Of a stretch of DNA of 64,000 nt, positions 9,132 to 19,200 are shown piece by piece. Position 1 is the first letter of the stretch. The number at the start of each line of letters is the position of its first letter. The notes under the pieces were generated by a model. It searched no databases, was not told where the DNA came from, and saw only the letters and a list, made by a program, of their open reading frames with translations. The stretch is taken from IMG/VR virus record IMGVR_UViG_3300044614_001923, one strand, 5' to 3'. A program made the position numbers and the translations under genes. The DNA is from a virus. Lineage: Duplodnaviria > Caudoviricetes.

Positions 9132-10925
9132 TTACCATGCCCAAACACGGACAACACCATTTCCACCAGCGCCAGAAGGAGATCCTGGAACAGTATTTCC
9201 CCCTCCTCCACCACCAGGAAATCCTCCGTTAGTTGGAAGAGTGGAACTATTTCCACCATTTCCGCCCGCACCCATAGATGAAGCATAAAGACCACCTAAA
9301 GGTCCACCTCTTCTTAGAGAAGTTCCTCCAATTCCTGCGTTTGCTGCTCCTCCCGCTCCAGGTCCAATTACGGAACTTCCTCCACGAGAAGATACTGATG
9401 CGGTGCCTCCACCAGCTCCAGCTGCTGAAGAATAACCATGACAACCTGTGTTTACTGCTGCTGAAGGTGCTGTGATATAAAAATCTCCAGCATATTGAAG
9501 ATTTCCATCGCCACCATAACCACCTCCAAAATTAGTATTTCTAGCTCCGCCACCACCACCAGCTCTTACAAAGTTATCTGCTGCAACTTCAAAAGAACTT
9601 GGTCCACCATCTTGACCAGTAGTTGTTGTAGAATTTGTTCCTCCTAGTCCTACAATTACAGAGGAAACATCTGGCAAATCTTTTGCTCTGAATAATCGTT
9701 CAACTACACCTCCAGCTCCTCCTCCAGAACAGGTAGATCTTGAATTTCCCGCTCCTCCTCCACCAACACACTGAACATATATCCAATTTGCTCTAAATGG
9801 AAGCGATGCTTGATTGAATGTACCAGAAGAAGTAAATTCTTGCAGATAAGTTTGAACGGTGCTAGCAACACCAACTAGACCAGAACCGTTTCCATAAAAT
9901 GTTGTTGCTGTAATAACACCTGTAATATTTGCACTTGCGCCAATTCTAATATGTTGACTTGTTTCTAAGTCTCCATTTACATATTCTGTTGTTCCTTTAA
10001 GACCTGGATATCCAACTTCTAATACATAATTTGGAATAGTTGTTGAACCAATTCCAACCTTACCATCTGCAGTTGCAGTGATAACTGTTCCTCCAGATCC
10101 AACCGTAATTTTTGGAACTTGAACGTCAGTGTAAGCATTAAGAATACCTACGTTTAACTGATCAGTATCTGGGGAATAATTTAAATTAGTATCTGTTCTT
10201 AATTCTTCTGCTCCAGTTGCTCCATTTACAAAAGTAATGTAGTGTGCTCCAGAGTCAGTACTTGCACCAACAATAGTTGCAGTTGTTGCGTTACTCGCTG
10301 TTCCAGTTAAACTGCCAACAAATCCGCCAGTGGCAGTAACTACGCCACTAATATTCGCATTTCCTTGTACTGTTAATTTCCATGGAGAATTGGTTGTTCC
10401 AATTCCAACATTAGCAGTCGTATGAACACCTGTTGCTGTTTGTTGGAAGTAATTTTGCTCATCAAATGCACTAATAGTTACAATTCCAGATCCTGCTGAT
10501 GTTCCAGATGAAACAATGGTGATATTTGTTCCAGCAACAATTTGAGTTACAATTCCAGTAAGAGATCTACCATCTCCTCTATAAGAGAGAGCAGTGACAA
10601 TACCAGTTGCTCTTAATCCTTGAGCATTAACTGTAACTCCAGATCCAACCTGAAGCTGAGAATCGATGGTTGTGACTCCAACAATTCTCAGATTATTTGG
10701 GATATATGTTACAGCAACACCAGCATTTTGTAAATATCGACCATCTCCATAATAAGTAACAATTCCAGATAAAGAATCAGATGTTGCTGTTATAAAACCA
10801 GCAGTTACTTTTACCGTACCTAAAGTTGTTACTCCAGTTACCCCAGAAACTACGAGACCTTGATCAAAGGTTGGAGATGAACTTCCAGATTTACTTCTGA
10901 TTGTATTAACCTGAATTATAGACAT
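9132..10925 (-). CDS. Tail fibre protein with glycine-rich C-terminal domain
   Basis: MSIIQVNTIRS N-terminus; VGIGTTN modules; C-terminal FTSSGTF..VQCVGGGGAG...GGNGVVRVW Gly-rich domain. Confidence 0.85.
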   Translation of the reverse strand: MSIIQVNTIRSKSGSSSPTFDQGLVVSGVTGVTTLGTVKVTAGFITATSDSLSGIVTYYGDGRYLQNAGVAVTYIPNNLRIVGVTTIDSQLQVGSGVTVNAQGLRATGIVTALSYRGDGRSLTGIVTQIVAGTNITIVSSGTSAGSGIVTISAFDEQNYFQQTATGVHTTANVGIGTTNSPWKLTVQGNANISGVVTATGGFVGSLTGTASNATTATIVGASTDSGAHYITFVNGATGAEELRTDTNLNYSPDTDQLNVGILNAYTDVQVPKITVGSGGTVITATADGKVGIGSTTIPNYVLEVGYPGLKGTTEYVNGDLETSQHIRIGASANITGVITATTFYGNGSGLVGVASTVQTYLQEFTSSGTFNQASLPFRANWIYVQCVGGGGAGNSRSTCSGGGAGGVVERLFRAKDLPDVSSVIVGLGGTNSTTTTGQDGGPSSFEVAADNFVRAGGGGGARNTNFGGGYGGDGNLQYAGDFYITAPSAAVNTGCHGYSSAAGAGGGTASVSSRGGSSVIGPGAGGAANAGIGGTSLRRGGPLGGLYASSMGAGGNGGNSSTLPTNGGFPGGGGGGNTVPGSPSGAGGNGVVRVWAW

Positions 10926-10963
10926 AGTATTGTGTAGTAATCTGTTTTTTTACTCTTATGGTT

Positions 10964-10971
10964 TATTTATA
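10964..10971 (-). promoter_or_regulatory. T4-type late promoter TATAAATA
   Basis: Exact consensus 39 nt upstream of the 9132..10925 start. Confidence 0.7.
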
Positions 10972-10988
10972 GTAGAATAACAAAAGAA

Positions 10989-13900
10989 TTATGCTTGTGT
11001 TTCAATCCAAGTAATACGACCAGATACCAAGAATGGAGATGAACCTCTAATCAATGCGGTATCGATAGGTTTAACTGCAAGAGTTAATACATCTGGACCA
11101 TCTGGATAAAGTCCATCACCACCAAGTACAGAGTTTCCAAGTGTTGCAACTCCATCAAGACCTACAGTTGTTCCGTTCAGTCCTCTCTTGAGAGTAACTC
11201 CTTCAAGTGAAGCTCCACCTTGAGCTCTGAATGAATAGACAACCTGACCACTAGAATAAGTGTCTCCAACTTCATGTTGACAATATTGACTTAAACTTGG
11301 GGAACCAACTTCTTCCCATTCATCACTAGAAAGTTTAGCATTAACGATGAGAGAAACTTCGCAATCGTGAGTTGTAAGAACATTTGCTTCTTTAAGTAGA
11401 ATTTGCATTCTATTAATAATTTCTCTAAAACCAACCTTTCCTGTTGTTGAATTGTCCGCAGAAGGAGCAAGTCTGATTGAAACCAGAGGAATAAATTCCT
11501 TGAGAGTTTCAGCAGTTCCAGAGAATGCATAGAAAGCAAAGTTAGTAGTTCTAGTTACTAACGCTTCCTTATCCATAAAGATTCTATAATCGTCTCTTTG
11601 GCGGTTGGTAATAGTAGCTTGCTCAATTTCAATTGCTGTAATACGAGTTCCTGCTTCAAAGATACCTGTAGTTGAACCTGTGATTTCTTCACCAACAACT
11701 AGAGTTTGTCCCTCTGTTCTATTAATAAATGTAACTACAGTTGAACCTACGCTTGTCTGACCAGTTGGAACTACACCATTGTAGTTTGCAATACCACCAT
11801 TAGTGAATGGAAGAACCTTAGAGTCTGCACTGAAGTGATAAACTCTATCTTGGTCAAACTTGCCATCCATGATGACAGATACGCCCCAGTGATATAGTGA
11901 TGGTGAGAAGAATGGGTCATCTAAGGTTTCAACTTCATATCTGACAGGTAAGTTACCAGATCTAAAGTATGCTTCAGTGAATTGGTTATTATGTATAAAC
12001 TCATGACAATACTTAATTTCACCCTCTTGAGTCTTCATACCAAATCTGATAGTTCCAGCGCCATACCAGGAATAATCCATGTAAAGCATTTGAATTCTAT
12101 TTGTATCAATCTGATATCCACTGATACCAGTTCCATCCATTCTATCAATATTCCATTCACTTTGAGGTACAATAGTATCAATAACTTTACTTGCGGTTAC
12201 TCCACTGAGAGTCTTAGATCTATATGCTGGTTGTACATACATTAGATCGTCATCTAAGATCTTAATAACCTTATATGTTTGACCTCTAAGAATAATTCTA
12301 TCAAACTCTCTAAGTTGGGTAGTAAGTCTTGCACGACTTCCTCTAATCAGATACTCTCCTTTTTCGCAAGTAAAGGAACCAGCAAGTTGTTGAGTATTTG
12401 ATCTTCTTACAACAGATAGAATGTCTCCATCAAACTGGAAGAAGAATCCATTTTGATCATCAAACATACCAGCTTTAAGGTATGCGTCTCTCCAATTTAC
12501 TACGTTAAATACAGGGAATCCTTCAAACTTAGGATCTTTTAATGGTGTAGGAGTTCCTATTCTAATATTAAAATCATCAATAACTTCTTCAATTGCATAC
12601 TCACCATTCAATTCTACTGGATAAGTTGCATTTAGAATTTGGAACTTCTGATCATCGTCAAATGGCGCTTCAGTTGAAATACCATGTGGCCATTTTGTTG
12701 TGACAATCAAGTTAGTTGAAACTCCAACTTCTCCTTGAATTTGAACTTTTTCAATATCATATGTTGGGTTGAAGTTCAATGCCATTGAGCACTGAATACC
12801 CTTTCCTGCTTGATAGCGGAAATACTTTCTTGTTTGCCTAATCAATTGAGAATTAGGAACAAGACCTGCAACAAGTTGTACAGCACCGTCAAATGGTCTA
12901 TGAATTACTTTACTGTCACTGACTGCATACAATCTACTAGGAATGAAGTAATTTGCACTTTCATTGGAGAATGATGGTTCATCCTCAAGTTTAATAACAG
13001 TATTACTCTTTACTTGAACAATCTTAGATTCAAAATAAGTTCCTGGTCCAACGTTTGTACCAACTCCAGATCTATTCTTATAGATTCTGAAAGTATCGCC
13101 AGCAGAGAAATCAGTATAGAAATTGGTATTCTTTCCAGTTACTGTTTCCGACTCAGTATTAATTCCAATTGTACCAGGACCTTGAATAAATCCTTTAATA
13201 CTTCTAGAAATGAATGAATGAGTAAGTGTTGAACCCAAAGAAGTATATACAATCAGATCACTATTATCAACATCATTAAATCTATTGATCGCAAGTTCTT
13301 GGTTTGTTGATAAACCAATATGATTTGAATCAAGAGTTCTTACAAAATAATCAGCATTGTCAGTTAGACCACCAATAACAGCGGATCCATTTGAAGTGTA
13401 TCTGATTTTAGTTCCATCTGCAAGTTTATGATCAATAATTCTAAGCCAATTGGAATTAATTCCAACTCTGGTAGTATCTCCACCAGACATTGTATTGATG
13501 ACTTCTGGAACTTCTACGGTACTATAAAGTGTAAATGCATTTTCAGCATATCCTGTTGAAGTAGTTTCAACATCTTTTACTACATACGTATCGTCAGCAG
13601 CTCCATCGGTATCAATAGTGATAGAATGTGTTCCAATTCCACCTTGACTTGTAAATGATGTAATTCCACAAATCTTAACTGAAGCGGATGTTACACGCTT
13701 GTTAAAGACATTAAGACGATTCTTAGTTGTTGGTACAGCAACTGTAATATAAGTTAATGGATTTCTTCTACGTACTTTATATCTTCTCCAGTAGTACCAC
13801 CAATACCTTCTTCTCCATCTTCTTCTCCATCTTCTACTATAGTAGTAATAATAAAAATATGCAGTAGAAATTCCTACAATCTGGTGAATACCTTGAATGA

Positions 13901-16187
13901 GAACGTTTTCAGCAGCAGTTCCTTCATATCCACTGACTTGAGCATACCCATAACGGAATAGACCTGCTGTGTGAGCAGCGCCAGTAATACAAGTAATTGT
14001 TGCAGTTGCTCTTAATCCTCCCGAATAATTCCAGGAATAAATGTCAAGACTTTCTTGTTCACGAGCAACTCTGAATCGATCATTTGAGATTAGACCATCA
14101 TCAGTTTTTGCATAGAAATAATTATCAGCTGTTAATCCTCCTATAGGAGTTCCAGTGGTTGTATTATATCTAAGTCTTTGATTGTTTGTTAGTTCAGCTC
14201 TAGGTGGATTAGTAATTCGAATTGTAAATGCATTTGGTCCAATTAAAGAAGATGTAAATCTATGATAACCATTAAGAGTTCTAAATGAATCATTTGGATT
14301 CTGAATATTCAGAACTAATTTGTTTCTTAGTCTTGCATCTCTATAATTATAGAGTTCATACCAATTATCTCCAATATCACTCTTAACATTTCTAATCAAA
14401 TAATCTGTGTTATTTGCTAATCCAGATGGAGTTCCACGAGTTCCTGTATTAGTTGTATAGCGAACAGTTTGAGCAGTTCTATAACCTTCTGTGCTAAATC
14501 CTACATCCTGAGGAAGATAGATTGAATGCTGCAGTGGGTGATCAACAACCCGAGATGCCGCAACAAGTCTATCGTCATTCATGTAATAGGTAAGGTAGTA
14601 TCCATAATACCAGTAGTAATACCAATACCAACCCCACCACCAGTACCTATAATATCTTGCTCCAGGTACTCTAATCTGATACTCATTTAAGATGCCAGTA
14701 ACTTTATATGTTCTGTATAGATCAGTCGACCAATTTCCTCTTGTAGTAGTAACACCAATATTTCCAGTATTCCACTTACTAAAGAAGCAAATATTATCAC
14801 CGTATTGCAATCCGTGTGGTTTTGCAAACGTAATGGTTCCTCTTCTATCTACACGGGTGATTCTACCACCATTTGCTTTAATTAAACGGTGAGTTCCAAA
14901 ATCATTAGTTCCTCTAGTTGTTGGAGTTATTGCTGGATCATTAAAATCTCCAGCAACTCTAAACGAAACGAAAGTATATCCAGAACCAACTTGTACATCA
15001 CTGACTTTTAGTGGATGATAACTGGAAATTCCTGGTCCAGGAAAACTGTTTCCTCTGGGCGTATAGAACATAACGACGTCATCATTTTCAACAAGAATAT
15101 TCTTGCCGTTTCCATACTGCTCATCCTTATAGATATAAATTCTTCCAGCATTTGCTTCACCATTAATCTTCCAGTTTGCTCTTGGAACATTCCATTCTTG
15201 ACTTCCAATCCAGTTATCCTCAATATAAGGAAGATTTGCAAGATAAACTGAAGAAATTGGAGTAATTGCAACTCCAGGACCTGGAGATGGAATTGTTGAT
15301 TGGTAATATGTTTCGTTTTGGGTTTCAACGTTTGTAGGACTTTGGAAATTATATTTTTTTGTTGCTCTACTTTTCTTGAGGAAGAGTTTTGTTCCCTCTA
15401 CAATACCAGGAATATTATCTGTTGTAACTCTAAACGTTGACGCAGCGCCAGTGCTTGTCTGAATATCTAGAACTTCAATTGTTGATCCAGTATAGAAAGA
15501 TCCTGGGAAAATAAGAGTAAACTCTGTGTCTAACTGAAGAGTTTTATTGGATCTAAATGGAATCTTAACAGCAAATGTTGTGTCATCAGGAACATCTCTA
15601 ATAATAAAGATACCTTCATACTTTGGATCTTTAAGACCTTGAATGTCTACTACAGAACCAATTTTTAAATTATGAGGTTCTGGGGTCTGTACTACGATAT
15701 AATCGTTACCATCATCTACTTTTACAGTAAGAGCTTCAATATTTTCTTCTGGAATACCTGAAGTATATGAAGTTGGGATATTATTAACTAACTTAACAGT
15801 TTCCCATTTAGTAGTTTGAGTTCCATATTCAAAATCAGTATCAATTAGGGATTGTGGCTCAGATACTCTTAATTTTCCAACAGGATCAAGTAAATGCTTA
15901 GTTGGGATTATTTCAATATCTTCTTTTTCATAATAAATTTGGAATGAATCCGTAGATGCCATTCCAACAGTATTATATGATAAATCAAACGTTGTTTGAT
16001 TTAGTGGAGCATTGTAATTTACTCTGACTGTAGTATCAGGATCTGCAAAGCTGTATACCGCAACGTTTCTGGTTGAGTTTACAATGGATAATAATTTTGG
16101 AAGAGGCACATATCCTTTTGCTGTAATAATACCAACAGAAGGAGTAAAACCAATTATTTGATTACCATAAATTAATTGTCTTGCCAT
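10989..16187 (-). CDS. Giant virion structural protein (paralogue of 48331..53211) with Y/W- and R/W-rich inserts
   Basis: Shared blocks with the 1626-aa protein: LIDTDFEYGxQxTKWE, RPFDG..QxxRQTRxYFRYQxGKG, MDYSWYGAGxIRFG, RSGNLPxRYE, SxRLAPS.D, GGDGxYPxGPDVLT; repeated IGGLTxNxxYxV domains. Confidence 0.8.
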   Translation of the reverse strand: MARQLIYGNQIIGFTPSVGIITAKGYVPLPKLLSIVNSTRNVAVYSFADPDTTVRVNYNAPLNQTTFDLSYNTVGMASTDSFQIYYEKEDIEIIPTKHLLDPVGKLRVSEPQSLIDTDFEYGTQTTKWETVKLVNNIPTSYTSGIPEENIEALTVKVDDGNDYIVVQTPEPHNLKIGSVVDIQGLKDPKYEGIFIIRDVPDDTTFAVKIPFRSNKTLQLDTEFTLIFPGSFYTGSTIEVLDIQTSTGAASTFRVTTDNIPGIVEGTKLFLKKSRATKKYNFQSPTNVETQNETYYQSTIPSPGPGVAITPISSVYLANLPYIEDNWIGSQEWNVPRANWKINGEANAGRIYIYKDEQYGNGKNILVENDDVVMFYTPRGNSFPGPGISSYHPLKVSDVQVGSGYTFVSFRVAGDFNDPAITPTTRGTNDFGTHRLIKANGGRITRVDRRGTITFAKPHGLQYGDNICFFSKWNTGNIGVTTTRGNWSTDLYRTYKVTGILNEYQIRVPGARYYRYWWWGWYWYYYWYYGYYLTYYMNDDRLVAASRVVDHPLQHSIYLPQDVGFSTEGYRTAQTVRYTTNTGTRGTPSGLANNTDYLIRNVKSDIGDNWYELYNYRDARLRNKLVLNIQNPNDSFRTLNGYHRFTSSLIGPNAFTIRITNPPRAELTNNQRLRYNTTTGTPIGGLTADNYFYAKTDDGLISNDRFRVAREQESLDIYSWNYSGGLRATATITCITGAAHTAGLFRYGYAQVSGYEGTAAENVLIQGIHQIVGISTAYFYYYYYSRRWRRRWRRRYWWYYWRRYKVRRRNPLTYITVAVPTTKNRLNVFNKRVTSASVKICGITSFTSQGGIGTHSITIDTDGAADDTYVVKDVETTSTGYAENAFTLYSTVEVPEVINTMSGGDTTRVGINSNWLRIIDHKLADGTKIRYTSNGSAVIGGLTDNADYFVRTLDSNHIGLSTNQELAINRFNDVDNSDLIVYTSLGSTLTHSFISRSIKGFIQGPGTIGINTESETVTGKNTNFYTDFSAGDTFRIYKNRSGVGTNVGPGTYFESKIVQVKSNTVIKLEDEPSFSNESANYFIPSRLYAVSDSKVIHRPFDGAVQLVAGLVPNSQLIRQTRKYFRYQAGKGIQCSMALNFNPTYDIEKVQIQGEVGVSTNLIVTTKWPHGISTEAPFDDDQKFQILNATYPVELNGEYAIEEVIDDFNIRIGTPTPLKDPKFEGFPVFNVVNWRDAYLKAGMFDDQNGFFFQFDGDILSVVRRSNTQQLAGSFTCEKGEYLIRGSRARLTTQLREFDRIILRGQTYKVIKILDDDLMYVQPAYRSKTLSGVTASKVIDTIVPQSEWNIDRMDGTGISGYQIDTNRIQMLYMDYSWYGAGTIRFGMKTQEGEIKYCHEFIHNNQFTEAYFRSGNLPVRYEVETLDDPFFSPSLYHWGVSVIMDGKFDQDRVYHFSADSKVLPFTNGGIANYNGVVPTGQTSVGSTVVTFINRTEGQTLVVGEEITGSTTGIFEAGTRITAIEIEQATITNRQRDDYRIFMDKEALVTRTTNFAFYAFSGTAETLKEFIPLVSIRLAPSADNSTTGKVGFREIINRMQILLKEANVLTTHDCEVSLIVNAKLSSDEWEEVGSPSLSQYCQHEVGDTYSSGQVVYSFRAQGGASLEGVTLKRGLNGTTVGLDGVATLGNSVLGGDGLYPDGPDVLTLAVKPIDTALIRGSSPFLVSGRITWIETQA

Positions 16188-16234
16188 CGAATCCCCTTAT
16201 GCTTCTCTTTAATTAATCTGTATTATTTAGTAAA

Positions 16235-19200
16235 TCAAATACCAAAGATAATTGAAATTCCGTTGACAAAATTTCTAATACTTTGATTTCTAATATAAAG
16301 ATTTGTTTGCATGGTTGCAATACCAGTCACAGCAAGATGCTCTGTAGTTAAAACACCATCAACATCTATATTTTTTAAGAATCTAATGTCTTCAGCGAAA
16401 GTTGAGTATCCAACAATTCTATCAACATAGATATCCGAGAAAGTTGCAACACCAACTACAGAAAAGTCTCCGCCAATATTAACTGATTTTTCAATTCCAA
16501 CACCACCTTTGATAACAATAGATCCTGAAGAAATTCCACTGGATTCTGTTGTATTTGCAAATGTTGTTATTCCATTTATTAAAGTTCTTCCTTGAACATA
16601 TAAAGCAGTGCCACTAATTGCTACAGTTGTACCAATACCAACACTAGATGTTGTAACAAGACCTACTCCACTAATGTCTCTCTTCCAAACGTCGGATACG
16701 TTGAATAGTCCCGATCCATCTCCAGTGAAAGTACCAGACCAAATACCAACAAAAGTATTTCCAACCTTAATAGCACCAAATTGTTCCCACTCGTTATCTG
16801 TAGTGTAAACCCATCCTAAATGACCTCCACTTTGGGGATTTGAATTAAATACAACATCGCCAGGAGAACCAATGTCACTAGGAGCAGAAACTCCAACTGT
16901 ATATTTCTTAGATGTTAGTTGATTTCCCTGTAAGTATAGTGATACCGCTTCAATTCCCTTATCTGATGTTGAAGTTAGTCTGTTAGAGAATACTACTGGT
17001 CCATCAAATCTTGATATAATGTTTCCGTCTGGTCCACCTTCAACTTTGACTGATCTACTAATTGTAACTTCTAATGGAGATAATACATCAAAACCAATAT
17101 TAATTCCTTGAATATCTAAATCTTCACCAGTTACAGTAGGAACAGGTGCATTAAACACTTCTTCCTGACCAGTTGCTGAGTTAATCTTTTTATTTCCGAT
17201 GAAGAAAGAACCTTCTCCATTCATTGCTGTATAAACAGCAACGCCACCATCCATTTTTAAAGAAGTTGCAGCAATCTCTTCTGGTCCAGATAGTTTTCTA
17301 TCTTGACGATCTGGAAGAGAAGTTGAATAGTTTCCTGGTCCAAATCCCAGATATTCAAATGTATGCCCAGATGCCCTGATGATTGAATTCCTACGTAGTT
17401 CAATTGGAACTGGATTTATTTTGAATACTTTTGATCCGATTAAATGTCCACTCTTAAATGTTCCAAGAACACCTCTAAACACTGGAATTTCATTCTGAGT
17501 AACATTCTCTCTAATTCTAACAATTTCATCATCAATTGCTAGATAATCTCCAATTTTTAGACCCAGATTAACTGCGTTAAAAATTACAATGTTATCAATG
17601 TCTGGACCTGTAACTTCTCCATAAAGTGTTGTAGTAATTCCAGCATAATATGGAACCATTCTGCCAGAAATATTTTCATTTTTATTAGTTACTGATCCTG
17701 CATTTGAGGTTAATGCTTCTCTATATGCGTATATTGTTCCTGTTGGAATAGTAGTTGTTTGTACACCAACATTCAATTCAAATTGAGTTTTACTAATAAC
17801 TTTTTTAACAATAAAATCATCATTGTAAGATGATATAGAAGCACCACCTATTTTAACTTTATTATTGATAGCGAAACCATGCGAACCACTTGAAGTGAAT
17901 GTTGCAATTCCAGTATTAACATTATATCTGATCGATGTTATTCCTACAGATGGAGAACCTAGAAGTGCATATGCATTTAGTGTTGCAGTAACACCAATAC
18001 CTGTTCCAGGATTTGCAATTTCAACAAAATGAGCTGACTCTACATCAATTGAAGTACTTGCTCCAATTGATATATTTGTGATTCTATATACGGTATTATA
18101 TTGATCCAGTGTGTCAGGAATAATACCTTGAACACTTAAAACATCTCCAACATTATTGTAAATTGATGTTACACTGACGATACCGATAGTATGTCCAGTT
18201 GTTGTTGCAATTCCAACTACTGCAAGTGTATTTCCAACTCCATAAGCACTTCCTCCATCAATAATATTAACATCTAGAAGTCCTCCACTTACGCTATCGA
18301 TTCTTACAATTGCAGTAGCATCACTACCAACAACGGTTGTACCCAATCCAACAAGTCTAGCATTATAAAATACCTCACTTACTCCAATACCTGTACCATA
18401 ATTTAATCCAGAGTTTGCAATGGATACTTTTGTAATTGCATTTAATCCATGATCATGTTTTGTGGTGATTGTATGATTGTATCCTCCAACACTAGAAGCA
18501 ATATTCTGAATGTCAATTCCATTTTTAGAATCAATAAAATTCTTATTAATTGTTTCTTTAGTAACGCTTCTCTGAGGATCATTTAATACTACCTGACCAA
18601 TTGTAGATCGAGAAGCAAATGATCTAGATGGAAGAGGATCTGAATCAAAATTATCTCGGTTTATTTGTGGATAAAGATTTTCAATAGGTTGACCAAACTT
18701 ATATACATCAAAAGGAGATATATTTGGAGAATTTGATGCATTAGTTACTACAAGGTGATAAACACCATCCCTTTCTCCAGGTATATAACTTTGTATCTCT
18801 TGAACTCTATATACGACATAAGTCTCTTTATACTTTGTTCTTGTTAGATATGGAAGAGCAGTTGTTCTTGTTGATATATCATTCTGGAAGATTCCAGGAT
18901 TGGTTGTTAATGCAACTGTAAATCTTCTTCTAGTAGAAACACTCAGTACAGTAAATTCTCCATTAAATCCAAGATCATCTGTTGCGCTTAGATTTTCAAT
19001 ACTTGAAATATTTTTTAAGCGAACAGTGTTACCTGCTGTCAATTTATGAGGAAGTTCTGTAGTAATTGTTGCAACTCCAGAATTCCAGGTAGCGTTAGAA
19101 ATGAATCTAAAATTCCTTAATTCGTAAGTTGAATTTAATTCTTGATTATCAGTACTCAGATACTTAAGAATTTCTTCATCTGTTTCTGCTGTAGTGGTGC

